Shown here piece by piece: positions 48,412 through 57,937 of a stretch of 64,000 nt of DNA. Below the pieces are notes generated by a model. It worked only from the letters and a program-made list of their open reading frames with translations. It did not search any database and was not told the origin of the DNA. A program made the translations under genes and the position numbers. How positions within the stretch are numbered: the stretch's first letter is position 1; every line of letters begins with the position of its first letter. Location of the stretch: the NCBI GenBank assembly GCA_964571795.1, contig CAZNDK010000003.1, positions 10,644-74,643 of the forward strand, in the 5' to 3' direction. This DNA comes from an uncultured Gemmatimonadaceae bacterium (lineage in GTDB: Bacteria > Gemmatimonadota > Gemmatimonadetes > Gemmatimonadales > GWC2-71-9).

Positions 48412-50727
48412 GTGTGGGCGGGATACGTCTTCACGCTGGCCCCGAGCGTGACCTTCTGGGATGCCGGCGAGTTGATCGCCTCGATGCACAACCTGGGCAT
48501 CCCCCATCCTCCCGGCACACCCCTCTTCGTACTGCTGGGCCACGCCTGGGCCGCGCTGCTTCCGGTCGGCGAATACGCGTGGCGCACCAACCTGATGAGC
48601 GCCACCTTCTCGGCGTTCGCCGCTGCCGGATTCTTCCTGGTGGCGCACGATGCGCTCCGGCGCGGCACGACCGAGATGGCGCCGGCGCCGCGGCGGCTGG
48701 TCACGATCGGCGGCGGCATGGCCGCCGGGCTGATGGCGGCCTTCACCTACACCCACTGGCAGAATTCCAACGAGACCGAGGTCTACAGCATCGCGACGTT
48801 CACCATCGCGTTGATCTGCTGGCTCTGCCTCCGTTGGCGGGAAGCGCGGGGTACCGAGGGTGCCGTTCGCCTGATCCTGCTCATCGTCTACCTGGCCGGC
48901 ATCTCCATGGGCAACCACCTCCTGGCGCTGCTGGTCGGGCCGGCGGTGGTGATGTTCCTCGGCGCGACCATCCTCGGCTCGCCCGCGGCGTCGCCGGAGG
49001 TGCGGCGGCAGGAGTGGGCCACGGTGGCCGTCGTCGCGGGGCTCTGGGCGTTGTTGATCGGCACCGGGCTCGGGAGCACGCCGCTCATCGTCCTCGGCGG
49101 GCTCTGCTTCGCCGCCGCCGCGGTCTTCGCCGCCATGGCGGGGCTGCTGCCGTTCGCGCTGCTGGCGTTCGCGGTGGCCGCCATCGGGGTCACCACCTAC
49201 CTCTTCCTCTACATCCGGGCCGGACAGGGCCCGACGCCGAACGAGGCCGACCCGTCGAACTGGGAACGGCTGCTCGCCGTCATCCGCCGGCAGCAGTACC
49301 CGGTCCGCACGCCACTCGACGACCCCACCGTGCCGCACGGCCCGACGAACCCGGGCCGGAGCCTGTCGATCATCTGGCTCCAGCTCCAGAACTACATGCA
49401 ATACTTCAGCTGGCAGTGGGCGCGCGGGCTGAGCGGCCGCGGCGTCGGCGTCTTCGACGGCCAACTCGCAGCGGCCATTCTCGCGATCCTGCTCGGCATC
49501 CGCGGGCTGTTCGTGCAGCGGCGCGCCGACCGGGCTGGCTGGTGGCTGCTCTTCACGCTCTTCCTCGTGACCGGCCTCGGCCTCGTGACGTACATGAACT
49601 TCAAGCCGGGCGCCTCGCTCGGGTACGGGCTCTTTCCGCAGTCGGGCGACCACGAAGTCCGCGAGCGCGACTACTTCTTCGTGGTGAGCTTCCTGGTGTG
49701 GGGCGTGTGGGCGGGCATCGGGCTCGCGTCGATCGTGCGGGACGGGCTGCGGCGCTTCCCGTCGGGTGCCCTCCGCACGGCGGTCCCGCTGGTGTTCCTC
49801 GTGGCGCTCCTGCCGGCCAGCGCGAACTTCTCCGCCGCCAGCCGGCGCCACGGCCCCGATGCCCGGCTGGCGGGCGACTTCGCCTACGATCTCCTCAACT
49901 CGGTGCCGCCATACGGCGTGCTGTTCACCTACGGCGACAACGACACCTTCCCGCTCTGGTGGGCGCAGGAAGTCGAGGGTATCCGGCGAGACGTCACCGT
50001 CGTCTGCCTCGCGCTCGCCAACACCGACTGGTATGCGCGGCAGCTTCGCGACAATCCAGTGCCCGCCTTCGACGAGGCCACCGCCCCCCCTATCTGGCAG
50101 GGACGGGGCACTGCGCGGCCGGACTGGCCGACGCTGCAAATGACCGACGAGGAGATCGCCTCCGCCTATCCGCGCCAGCTGGGGGAGGCGGTCACCGTCA
50201 ACTTCGGTCCGTACCGCCAGACCTACCAGGCGGGCACCATTTTCTACACCAGCGACTTCATCGTGGCCCGGATCATCCAGCAGAACATCGGCCGGCGGCC
50301 GGTCGGCTGGTCGGTCACGACGGGACGCAACTTCCTCTCCCTCGACCCCTACCTCCTGCAGCAGGGGCTGGTGCTTCAGCTGCAGGCCACCCAGCCCGAT
50401 TCCATGGCGCGCGGCATCGACCGCCAGAAGCTGGCGGGCGCGTTGCTCGACGTCCCCACGACGGAGCGCCTCGTCTGGGAGACCTACCGATACGGCGCGA
50501 TGCGCGCCCAGCCGATCGGCCGTCTGGACGTGACCAGCCAGTCGTTCGCCTCGACCCTGAGCCTGCCTCCGGCGCAGCTGGCCTACGCGTTCCAGGCGCT
50601 CGGCGACGAGCAGATGATGGTCCGGAATCTCGAGCTGGCGGGCAAGCTGGCGCCCAATCCGGCCATCGCCGCCATCCTGTCCCAGATTCGCCTGGCGCCA
50701 CTCCTTCCTGCCGCCGATTCCCCGTAA
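48412..50727 (+). CDS. DUF2723 / TMEM260-like GT-C fold membrane protein (putative glycosyltransferase); true start probably upstream
   Basis: Track ORF, 771 aa. Contains 'TLAPSVTFWDAGELIA' and 'GIPHPPGTPLF' with many TM helices. The first TM helix extends upstream of the GTG at 48412, so a CTG at 48352 is a candidate start. Confidence 0.72.
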   Translation: MWAGYVFTLAPSVTFWDAGELIASMHNLGIPHPPGTPLFVLLGHAWAALLPVGEYAWRTNLMSATFSAFAAAGFFLVAHDALRRGTTEMAPAPRRLVTIGGGMAAGLMAAFTYTHWQNSNETEVYSIATFTIALICWLCLRWREARGTEGAVRLILLIVYLAGISMGNHLLALLVGPAVVMFLGATILGSPAASPEVRRQEWATVAVVAGLWALLIGTGLGSTPLIVLGGLCFAAAAVFAAMAGLLPFALLAFAVAAIGVTTYLFLYIRAGQGPTPNEADPSNWERLLAVIRRQQYPVRTPLDDPTVPHGPTNPGRSLSIIWLQLQNYMQYFSWQWARGLSGRGVGVFDGQLAAAILAILLGIRGLFVQRRADRAGWWLLFTLFLVTGLGLVTYMNFKPGASLGYGLFPQSGDHEVRERDYFFVVSFLVWGVWAGIGLASIVRDGLRRFPSGALRTAVPLVFLVALLPASANFSAASRRHGPDARLAGDFAYDLLNSVPPYGVLFTYGDNDTFPLWWAQEVEGIRRDVTVVCLALANTDWYARQLRDNPVPAFDEATAPPIWQGRGTARPDWPTLQMTDEEIASAYPRQLGEAVTVNFGPYRQTYQAGTIFYTSDFIVARIIQQNIGRRPVGWSVTTGRNFLSLDPYLLQQGLVLQLQATQPDSMARGIDRQKLAGALLDVPTTERLVWETYRYGAMRAQPIGRLDVTSQSFASTLSLPPAQLAYAFQALGDEQMMVRNLELAGKLAPNPAIAAILSQIRLAPLLPAADSP

Positions 50728-50772
50728 CCGCTCCCTGCATTTCGGCGTCAACTCGTTGTATTTTTCACGGTT

Positions 50773-51459
50773 ATGACATTCCCGGACCTCCCCGCGCGGC
50801 TGGCCTCGGTGCACGATTCCATCGCCGCCGCGCAGGCGCGGTCGGGCCGGCGGCAGCCGGTCAGGATCGTCGCGGTCACCAAGACGCTCGGCCCCGAGGC
50901 GGTGCGCGCCGCTGTCGAGGCCGGACTCGGGGCGGTGGGCGAAAACCGGGTGCAGGAGGCGCTGGAGAAGCTTGATGCGCTCCCCGGACTCGCGGTCGAG
51001 TGGCACCTCATCGGGTCGCTCCAGAAGAACAAGGCACGCCACGCCGCCGGCCGGTTCGCCCTGATTCACTCCGTCGACCGCCTCGACCTGGCGGTCGAAC
51101 TGGACCGCCGCATCGGCGAGGGGCAGCACCAGGCGATCCTGGTCCAGGTCAACTGCTCCGCGGAGCCGCAGAAGGGCGGGGTGGAGCCGGCTGGGCTCCC
51201 CGCGCTGCTGGACGAACTCCGCGCCTGCCGCAGGCTGGAGGTGCGCGGATTGATGACGATGGCGGAATTGACCGACGACGCAGGCCGGCAGCGCCCCGCC
51301 TTCGCCAGGCTTCGCACCCTCCGCGACGAGGCCGAGGCTCGGGGGCACCGGCTTCCGGAATTGTCGATGGGAATGTCCGCTGATTTTGCGGTGGCCGTCG
51401 AGGAAGGCGCCACCATGGTCCGGTTGGGTACGATCCTGTTCGGGGAGCGCCACGCATGA
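50773..51459 (+). CDS. yggS: YggS family pyridoxal-phosphate homeostasis protein
   Basis: Track ORF, 228 aa. Contains 'IVAVTKT' (PLP Lys), 'GENRVQE', 'WHLIGSLQKNK' and 'LSMGMSADF'. Confidence 0.9.
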   Translation: MTFPDLPARLASVHDSIAAAQARSGRRQPVRIVAVTKTLGPEAVRAAVEAGLGAVGENRVQEALEKLDALPGLAVEWHLIGSLQKNKARHAAGRFALIHSVDRLDLAVELDRRIGEGQHQAILVQVNCSAEPQKGGVEPAGLPALLDELRACRRLEVRGLMTMAELTDDAGRQRPAFARLRTLRDEAEARGHRLPELSMGMSADFAVAVEEGATMVRLGTILFGERHA

Positions 51460-51974
51460 CGACCGATGACAGCTTTCAGCTCACGCCGCACGACATTCGC
51501 TCGCAGGAGTTTCAGCGCACCTTCCGAGGATTCGATCCGGTACAGGTCGAGTCGTTCAAGCAGCGCGTGTCGGAGGAGTTCGAGCGAGTGCTGCGGGAGC
51601 GGGCCCAGCTTGAGGAGCGGCTCCGCGGATTCCAGGAGCAGCTGCGCGCCTTCCGCGACCGCGAGCGGGCGATGAACGAGGCGCTCATCGCGGCCCAGCA
51701 GCTCCGCGTCGACGCTGAGCAGCAGGCGCGGAAGGAAGCGGAGATGATCCTGCGCGAGGCGAAGACCGAGGCGCTGCGCCAGTTGAACGAAGCGCAGGGG
51801 GAGGACCGCGTGCTCCGCGAGCGGACCGACGCGGGCAAGCGGCAGTTCGCGGCCTTCCTCGCCAACTTCCGCGCACTCCTCGAGCGGCAGCTCGGCGAGG
51901 TGGACGGGTTGCAGGCCTACGCCCAGACGGTCCCGCAGCCCCAGACCGAGCTCGTGCTCAAGAAGCAGGCGTGA
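51456..51974 (+). CDS. DivIVA domain-containing protein
   Basis: Track ORF, 172 aa. N-terminal 'LTPHDIRSQEFQRTFRGFDPVQVESF' followed by a coiled coil. ATGA overlap with yggS. Confidence 0.8.
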   Translation: MTTDDSFQLTPHDIRSQEFQRTFRGFDPVQVESFKQRVSEEFERVLRERAQLEERLRGFQEQLRAFRDRERAMNEALIAAQQLRVDAEQQARKEAEMILREAKTEALRQLNEAQGEDRVLRERTDAGKRQFAAFLANFRALLERQLGEVDGLQAYAQTVPQPQTELVLKKQA

Positions 51975-51996
51975 GCGGACTGGCCGGGCGTCGCTG

Positions 51997-54900
51997 ATGG
52001 CGTTCACCCCGCTTCCCGACCTGGGCGCCGACCAGCTCGAGCGGCAGCTGCTCGACACCTGGAAGGCAGAAGACCTTTTCCGCCTGAGCCAGGAGGCGGG
52101 CCGGGACGGCGTGCCGTTCGTGTTCTACGAGGGCCCTCCGACCGCGAACGGGAAGCCGGGCATCCACCACGTCTTCTCCCGGACCATCAAGGACCTCATC
52201 TGCCGGTTCCGCGCCATGCAGGGCCGGTCGGTCACCCGCATCGCGGGGTGGGACACCCACGGGCTGCCGGTCGAGATCGAGGTGGAGAAGCAGCTCCAGC
52301 TCAAGGGCAAGAAGGAGATCGAGGCCTACGGCGTGGAGCGGTTCAATGCGCTCTGCCGGAGCAGCGTCTTCACGTACAAGGCCGACTGGGAAGCCCTCTC
52401 CGACCGGATCGGGTACTGGCTCGACTACGCCCACCCCTACATCACCTTCAGCAACGAGTACATCGAGTCGGTCTGGTCGATTCTCCGCCGGCTGCACGAC
52501 CGCGGGCTCCTTTATCGCGGGCACCGCGTGTTGCCGTACTGCCCGCGGTGCGGCACCGTCCTCTCCAGCCATGAACTGGCCCAGGGGTACGAGGAGGTGC
52601 GCGACCGCGCCATCTTCGTGACCTTCCCGCTGGAGGACGGCTCCGGCCGGGAGCTGGTCGTCTGGACCACGACGCCGTGGACCCTCCCGTCCAACGTGGC
52701 GGCGGCGGTCCACGCCGACCTCGAGTACGGCGAGTATCCCGACCCGAAGCAGCCCGGGCGGACGCTGGTCCTGGCCACCAGCCTGGCCCCGCGGCTCCTG
52801 GCGCGGCTGTTCGGGGAGGGGGCGGTCCCGGCGCCGCAGCGCGTGTTGCCCGGCAGCGCGCTGGCGGGGCTCCGGTACCGTCGGCCGCTGGACGTGGTGC
52901 CGCTGCCCGATGGGGTGGCCCACAGCGTCGTCGTCACCGGCGACTTCGTGACCGCCACCGACGGCTCCGGCATCGTGCACATGGCGCCGGCCTTCGGCGC
53001 CGACGATTACGCCGCCGGCCAGGAGCACGGGCTCGCGCTGCTCCGCCCGGTCGCGCCGGACGGTACCTTCGTCGGGACCACCTGGCCCGAGCTCGAGGGG
53101 AAGCTGGTCACGGCCGATGAGACCAACGAGTTGATCGTCCGGCGGCTCAAGGCCGAGGGGCGTCACCTCCTCACCGAGCAGTACGTCCACACGTATCCGC
53201 ACTGCTGGCGCTGCCGCAGCAAGCTCATCTACTACGCGCGCGACTCCTGGTTCGTCCGCACCTCCTCGCTGCGCGACCGGATGCTGGCGCTCAACGCCGA
53301 GGTCTCGTGGCAGCCGCCGGAGGTGGGCAGCGGCCGATTCGGCGAGTGGCTGGCCAACAACGTGGACTGGGCACTCTCCCGCGACCGCTACTGGGGCACG
53401 CCGCTCCCGGTGTGGAGCTGCGACCGCGACGCCTCGCATGTCGTGGTGATCGGCAGCTACGCCGAGCTCGCGGAGAAGTGGGGCCGTGCGCTCCCCGCGG
53501 ACTTTGATCCGCACAAGCCCTTCATCGATGAGTACGCCTGGGACTGCGCCTGCGGCGGGCGGATGACCCGCGCGACGGAGGTCATCGACACCTGGTTCGA
53601 CTCCGGGTCGATGCCCTATGCGCAGTGGCACTATCCCTTCGAGCACGAGGCCGACTTCGCCGCGCACTTCCCGGCCGACTACATCTGCGAAGGGGTGGAC
53701 CAGACCCGGGGCTGGTTCTACTCGCTCCTGGCCATCTCCACCGCCGCCTTCGACGCGCCGGCCTACCGGCACGTCATCGTGAACGAGCTGGTCCTCGACG
53801 CCGAGGGCCAGAAGATGTCGAAGAGCCGCGGCAACGTGGTGAACCCGACGGAGCTCCTCGCGGAACACGGGGCCGACGTCGTGCGCTTGTACCTGCTGGT
53901 GTCGAGCCAGGTCTGGCTTCCGAAGCGATTCGACGCGCGCACCATCCCCGAGGTGGCGGGCGGGTTCCTCAACACGCTGCGCAACACGTACCGGTTCTTC
54001 GGGCAGTACGCCGGAGACTGGCGGCCGCCGGCGGGAGCGCCGCCGGCTCCCCGCGCCCTCGCCGATCGCTGGATCCTCAGCCGGCTCGCCGGCGTCGTGG
54101 ACGCGGTCAACACCTCTTGGGAGCAGTACGACGTCACCGCGGGAACCCGGGCGCTCATGGGGTTCGTGGTGGACGATCTCTCGAACTGGTACGTCCGGCT
54201 CAACCGCGCGCGGTTCTGGGCCGCCGACGGCGAGGCGGACCCGGAGGCGCTGGCCACCCTCCACGCCGCGCTCGTGACGGTCTCCCGGCTCCTGGCGCCG
54301 GCCGCGCCCTTCCTGTCCGACTGGATGCACCGGGCCCTCGACGGCTCCTCGGTCCACCTGGCCCGGTTCCCAGCGGCCGGGGCCGAACGGAACGAGGCCC
54401 TCGAGGCGGCGATGGACGCCGTGCGGCGGCTGGCGTCGCTGGCCCGCGCGGCCCGCGAGGAAGTCGGGCTGGGGGTGCGCCAGCCGCTCGGCCGAATGGT
54501 CGTGGCGGTCCCGAGGGCGGTGCAGGGTCCCGTGTTCGACTCGCTGCTCGAACTGCTCCGCCACGAGGTGAACGTCAAGGCGGTGGAGGTGGTGGAGTCG
54601 GACGCCGACCTGGTGAGCCTCCGGGCCAAGCCCAACTTCCGGTCCCTGGGCAAGCGCTATGGCAAGGACACCCCCGCCGCCGCCGCGGCGGCGGCCAGGC
54701 TGACCGTGGAGCAGCTCCGGGCCCTGGAAGGCGGCGGGGGGGCCACGGTGGAGGTGAACGGGACGCAATTTGAGTATCTTTCCCAGGATGTGGCGGTCAC
54801 CCGGGAGGTGGCCAGCGACCTGGCGGTCCAGAGTGACGGGCCGTACGTCGCGGCGCTCGATCCGGCGCTGACCCCGGCGCTCCGGCAGGAGGGGCTGGCG

Positions 54901-55191
54901 CGGGAAATGGTCAACCGGATCCAGCGGCTCCGGAAGGACGCCGGGTACGACATCACGACCAGGGTGGCGCTGGCCATCGACGGCTCGCCCGACCTGCTCG
55001 CGGCGGTTCGGGGCCATGCGGAGTTCATCCAGGGCGAGACCCTCGCCCGGGAATTGGTGGTAGGATCACGGGCCGACCGCCCGGACCGGGAGCAGACCCT
55101 TACGCTCGACGGTCACGACGCGATCATCGGCATTCAACGACGGGACGATGCCCGGCCGTCAGGCCGGAGCACACACACGGACAGGGCATGA
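51997..55191 (+). CDS. ileS: Isoleucine--tRNA ligase
   Basis: Track ORF, 1064 aa. HIGH region 'PPTANGKPGIHHVFSR' and KMSKS 'QKMSKSRGNVV'. The zinc-less C-terminus suggests type 2. Confidence 0.97.
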   Translation: MAFTPLPDLGADQLERQLLDTWKAEDLFRLSQEAGRDGVPFVFYEGPPTANGKPGIHHVFSRTIKDLICRFRAMQGRSVTRIAGWDTHGLPVEIEVEKQLQLKGKKEIEAYGVERFNALCRSSVFTYKADWEALSDRIGYWLDYAHPYITFSNEYIESVWSILRRLHDRGLLYRGHRVLPYCPRCGTVLSSHELAQGYEEVRDRAIFVTFPLEDGSGRELVVWTTTPWTLPSNVAAAVHADLEYGEYPDPKQPGRTLVLATSLAPRLLARLFGEGAVPAPQRVLPGSALAGLRYRRPLDVVPLPDGVAHSVVVTGDFVTATDGSGIVHMAPAFGADDYAAGQEHGLALLRPVAPDGTFVGTTWPELEGKLVTADETNELIVRRLKAEGRHLLTEQYVHTYPHCWRCRSKLIYYARDSWFVRTSSLRDRMLALNAEVSWQPPEVGSGRFGEWLANNVDWALSRDRYWGTPLPVWSCDRDASHVVVIGSYAELAEKWGRALPADFDPHKPFIDEYAWDCACGGRMTRATEVIDTWFDSGSMPYAQWHYPFEHEADFAAHFPADYICEGVDQTRGWFYSLLAISTAAFDAPAYRHVIVNELVLDAEGQKMSKSRGNVVNPTELLAEHGADVVRLYLLVSSQVWLPKRFDARTIPEVAGGFLNTLRNTYRFFGQYAGDWRPPAGAPPAPRALADRWILSRLAGVVDAVNTSWEQYDVTAGTRALMGFVVDDLSNWYVRLNRARFWAADGEADPEALATLHAALVTVSRLLAPAAPFLSDWMHRALDGSSVHLARFPAAGAERNEALEAAMDAVRRLASLARAAREEVGLGVRQPLGRMVVAVPRAVQGPVFDSLLELLRHEVNVKAVEVVESDADLVSLRAKPNFRSLGKRYGKDTPAAAAAAARLTVEQLRALEGGGGATVEVNGTQFEYLSQDVAVTREVASDLAVQSDGPYVAALDPALTPALRQEGLAREMVNRIQRLRKDAGYDITTRVALAIDGSPDLLAAVRGHAEFIQGETLARELVVGSRADRPDREQTLTLDGHDAIIGIQRRDDARPSGRSTHTDRA

Positions 55192-55571
55192 ACAAGAAGC
55201 AGCTGACCTACTTCGAAAAGCGACTGATCGAGGAGCGGGCCCGCGTCATGAAGGAGCTCGGCCACTACGACGAGTCCTTCAACTCCACCCTCCAGGGTGC
55301 CGACGGCGACCTCTCCTCCTACTCCTTCCACATGGCGGACCAGGGCACCGACGCCATGGAACGCGAAAAGCAGTTCCTGATGGCCTCGAAAGAGGGCCGC
55401 TACCTCTGGCACGTGAACCAGGCGCTCGGGCGGCTGTACAACAATCCGGAGCGCTTCGGCACCTGCGAGAGCTGCAGCTCGGCCATCAACTTCGAGCGCC
55501 TGGACGCCCTGCCGCACGCCCGCCTCTGCATCAGCTGCAAGGAAAAGGAAGAGGATGCCAAGCGCCGCTGA
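55188..55571 (+). CDS. DksA/TraR family C4-type zinc-finger protein
   Basis: Track ORF, 127 aa. Contains 'CESC...(17)...CISC' and an N-terminal coiled coil. ATGA overlap with ileS. Confidence 0.8.
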   Translation: MNKKQLTYFEKRLIEERARVMKELGHYDESFNSTLQGADGDLSSYSFHMADQGTDAMEREKQFLMASKEGRYLWHVNQALGRLYNNPERFGTCESCSSAINFERLDALPHARLCISCKEKEEDAKRR

Positions 55572-56064
55572 GCGCCGGTTGTTCCTCGGAACCGCGCTCG
55601 GTGTGCTGCTGCTCGACGCCGTGACCAAGTTCGCCGCCGAGGCGTACCTGCCACGGACCGCCGGCCTCTCGGTCATCGGGGAATGGTTCCAGCTGCACCT
55701 CGTGTACAACCCCGGGGCGGCCTTCGGGCTGCATCTCGGCCCATACTCCCGGTGGATCTTCCTGGTGCTGGCGCTCGGGGCGGTCATCCTCCTCGCGCGG
55801 ATGTCGGCCACCGCCGCCGCGGGCGACCGGTTCCGGCAATTGGCCCTCGGCCTCGTGGCCGGCGGGGCGGCCGGCAACCTGGTCGACCGGATTCGCAGCT
55901 CCCGTGGCGTCGTGGACTTCCTGGATGTCGGCCTCGGGTCGTTGCGCTGGCCCACGTTCAACGTGGCGGACATCGCGGTCAGCTGCGGGGCCGTGGCGCT
56001 CGCGATCTCGCTCTGGATCGAAGACAGCCGCCAGGCACGGCACGAAGCCGCTTCGGCCGGCTGA
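55555..56064 (+). CDS. lspA: Lipoprotein signal peptidase (signal peptidase II)
   Basis: Track ORF, 169 aa. Contains 'YNPGAAFG', 'GNLVDR' and 'WPTFNVADIAV'. This is the classic ileS-lspA linkage. Confidence 0.9.
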   Translation: MPSAAERRLFLGTALGVLLLDAVTKFAAEAYLPRTAGLSVIGEWFQLHLVYNPGAAFGLHLGPYSRWIFLVLALGAVILLARMSATAAAGDRFRQLALGLVAGGAAGNLVDRIRSSRGVVDFLDVGLGSLRWPTFNVADIAVSCGAVALAISLWIEDSRQARHEAASAG

Positions 56065-56074
56065 GGCCGGCCTG

Positions 56075-57085
56075 ATGGCCCCGCCACAGACCTTCACGGT
56101 CCTCGCCGACGGCACCGAGCGGCTCGACCGCTTTCTCGCCGACCAGCTCCAATACTCCCGCACCCAGGCCGCGCGGCTCGTGGCCGACAAGCGCGTCACC
56201 GTGAATGGCGCGGTCGCGCGGGCCTCACGGCTCCTGGCCCGCGGTGACGCCGTTGTGGTTACGCTCCCCGACACCGAGCCACCCCGCCAGATCCGTCCCG
56301 CCGACATTCCGCTCAACGTCGTGTTCGAGGACGAGCACCTTGCCGTGATCGACAAGCCCGCGGGGCTGGTGGTGCACCCCGCACCGGGGCACTGGGACGA
56401 CACCCTGGTCAACGCCCTGGTGGCGAGGGGAACGACCCTCTCCGGCGGGGCGGAGGGCAGGCCCGGGATCGTCCATCGACTCGACCGCGACACCTCGGGC
56501 CTGATGCTGGTGGCCAAGACCGACCTCGCGCACCGGCGGCTGGGGCACATGCTCGGTGCCCGGCGCATCCGACGGGTGTACGCGGCCCTGGCCTGGGGAC
56601 ACCTCGACGAGAATCCGACCCGGATCGACGCGCCCCTGGCGCGCCACCCGACCGACCGGAAGCGGATGGCGGTGCTGCCCGACGGGCGGGAGGCCCGGAC
56701 CGATGCCTGGTGCATTGCGCGGTTTCAGGTTGCCGACCTGCTTCGGCTCGAGCTCCACTCCGGGCGGACCCACCAGATCCGGGTGCACCTGGCGCACATC
56801 GGGCACCCGGTCATCGGCGACCCGGTGTACGGGGCGGGGGGAAGCCGGCGGATCTCCGGATCGGCCCGGCTGACGGCCGAGGCCATCGAACGGGCGGCTG
56901 GGCGGCAGGCGCTCCACGCGGCGTTGCTGGGCTTCAAGCACCCGGTCACCGAAAAGCTGCTCGAATTCCGGTCAGAATGGCCGGCCGATTTGCGTCTGGC
57001 GCTCGAGCTCGCGGCAGGGGCCTCCACCTCTGTTGCTCCGGATGAGCCTCTTCGCTATCTTCTTTTCTTTAATAGAGATGGCTGA
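56075..57085 (+). CDS. rluD: RluA-family 23S rRNA pseudouridine synthase (RluD-like)
   Basis: Track ORF 55904-57085 trimmed to the ATG at 56075. N-terminal S4-like domain, 'GIVHRLDRDTSGLMLVAKT' and 'LHSGRTHQIRVHLAHIGHPVIGD'. Confidence 0.9.
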   Translation: MAPPQTFTVLADGTERLDRFLADQLQYSRTQAARLVADKRVTVNGAVARASRLLARGDAVVVTLPDTEPPRQIRPADIPLNVVFEDEHLAVIDKPAGLVVHPAPGHWDDTLVNALVARGTTLSGGAEGRPGIVHRLDRDTSGLMLVAKTDLAHRRLGHMLGARRIRRVYAALAWGHLDENPTRIDAPLARHPTDRKRMAVLPDGREARTDAWCIARFQVADLLRLELHSGRTHQIRVHLAHIGHPVIGDPVYGAGGSRRISGSARLTAEAIERAAGRQALHAALLGFKHPVTEKLLEFRSEWPADLRLALELAAGASTSVAPDEPLRYLLFFNRDG

Positions 57086-57527
57086 CTCCCAGGCGGTGCG
57101 CGTCGTGGTCTTTCAGGTGGGCAACCTGGCCTGCGGCATGCTGGCCAGCCGTGCCCGTGAAATCCTGGCGCCCCTCCCCACGACCCGGATTCCGGGTGCC
57201 CCCGACATGGTGCTGGGATTGGTCAACGTCCGCGGCAGCCTGCTCACGGTCGTGGACGGACACCGGTTGCTCGACCGGGAGCCGTTGCCGGAACACGAGG
57301 GCGCCCTCCTCGTGGTGGATGTTGGAACCCGCCGGCTCGGGCTCGCGGTGGGGCGGGTGGACGACCTCTTCGAAATCCCGGCGTCCCAGCTCGAGGCGCG
57401 CGAGGCGCTCCCGGGCGTGGACGTCAAGCTGGTCAAGGCCGTTGGACGGCGGGACGGGCGCCACTTCGTGGTGCTCGACACCGACGCGCTGCTCACGCCA
57501 TTGCTCAGCGTTGCCGGGCAGCGGTGA
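57078..57527 (+). CDS. cheW: Chemotaxis coupling protein CheW
   Basis: Track ORF 57033-57527 trimmed to the ATG at 57078 (8-nt overlap with rluD). Contains 'VVVFQVGNLACGM', 'PGAPDMVLGLVNVRGSLLTVVD' and 'VGRVDDLFEI'. Confidence 0.85.
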   Translation: MADSQAVRVVVFQVGNLACGMLASRAREILAPLPTTRIPGAPDMVLGLVNVRGSLLTVVDGHRLLDREPLPEHEGALLVVDVGTRRLGLAVGRVDDLFEIPASQLEAREALPGVDVKLVKAVGRRDGRHFVVLDTDALLTPLLSVAGQR

Positions 57528-57570
57528 CCAATCCTTCTCACGAACCTCTTAGACGCCTGGAGACAGACCT

Positions 57571-57933
57571 GTGAGCCACACGGTCCTGGTGTGCGACGAT
57601 GCCATCTTCATGCGGACGATGATCAGCGACATCCTGACCCAGGCGGGTTTCGAGGTCGTGGGCGAAGCCGAGACCGGCGTGCAGGCGGTGGAGAAGTACC
57701 GCCAGCTGAAGCCCGACTTGGTCACGATGGACATCGTGATGCCCGACATGGGCGGCATCGACGCCGTGCGCGAAATCTGCCGGCAGTCGCCGGAAGCCAA
57801 GATCCTGATGTGCAGCGCCATGGGCCAGCAGGCGCTGGTCGTCGAGGCGATCCAGGCGGGCGCCAAGGATTTCGTGGTCAAGCCGTTCCAGCCCTCCCGG
57901 GTGCTCGAGGCGGTGCAGCGCGTCCTCGGCTGA
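57571..57933 (+). CDS. cheY: Chemotaxis response regulator CheY
   Basis: Track ORF, 120 aa. Contains 'VLVCDDAIFMR', 'LVTMDIVMPDMGG' (phospho-Asp) and 'AKDFVVKPF'. Confidence 0.9.
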   Translation: MSHTVLVCDDAIFMRTMISDILTQAGFEVVGEAETGVQAVEKYRQLKPDLVTMDIVMPDMGGIDAVREICRQSPEAKILMCSAMGQQALVVEAIQAGAKDFVVKPFQPSRVLEAVQRVLG

Positions 57934-57937
57934 CGCC

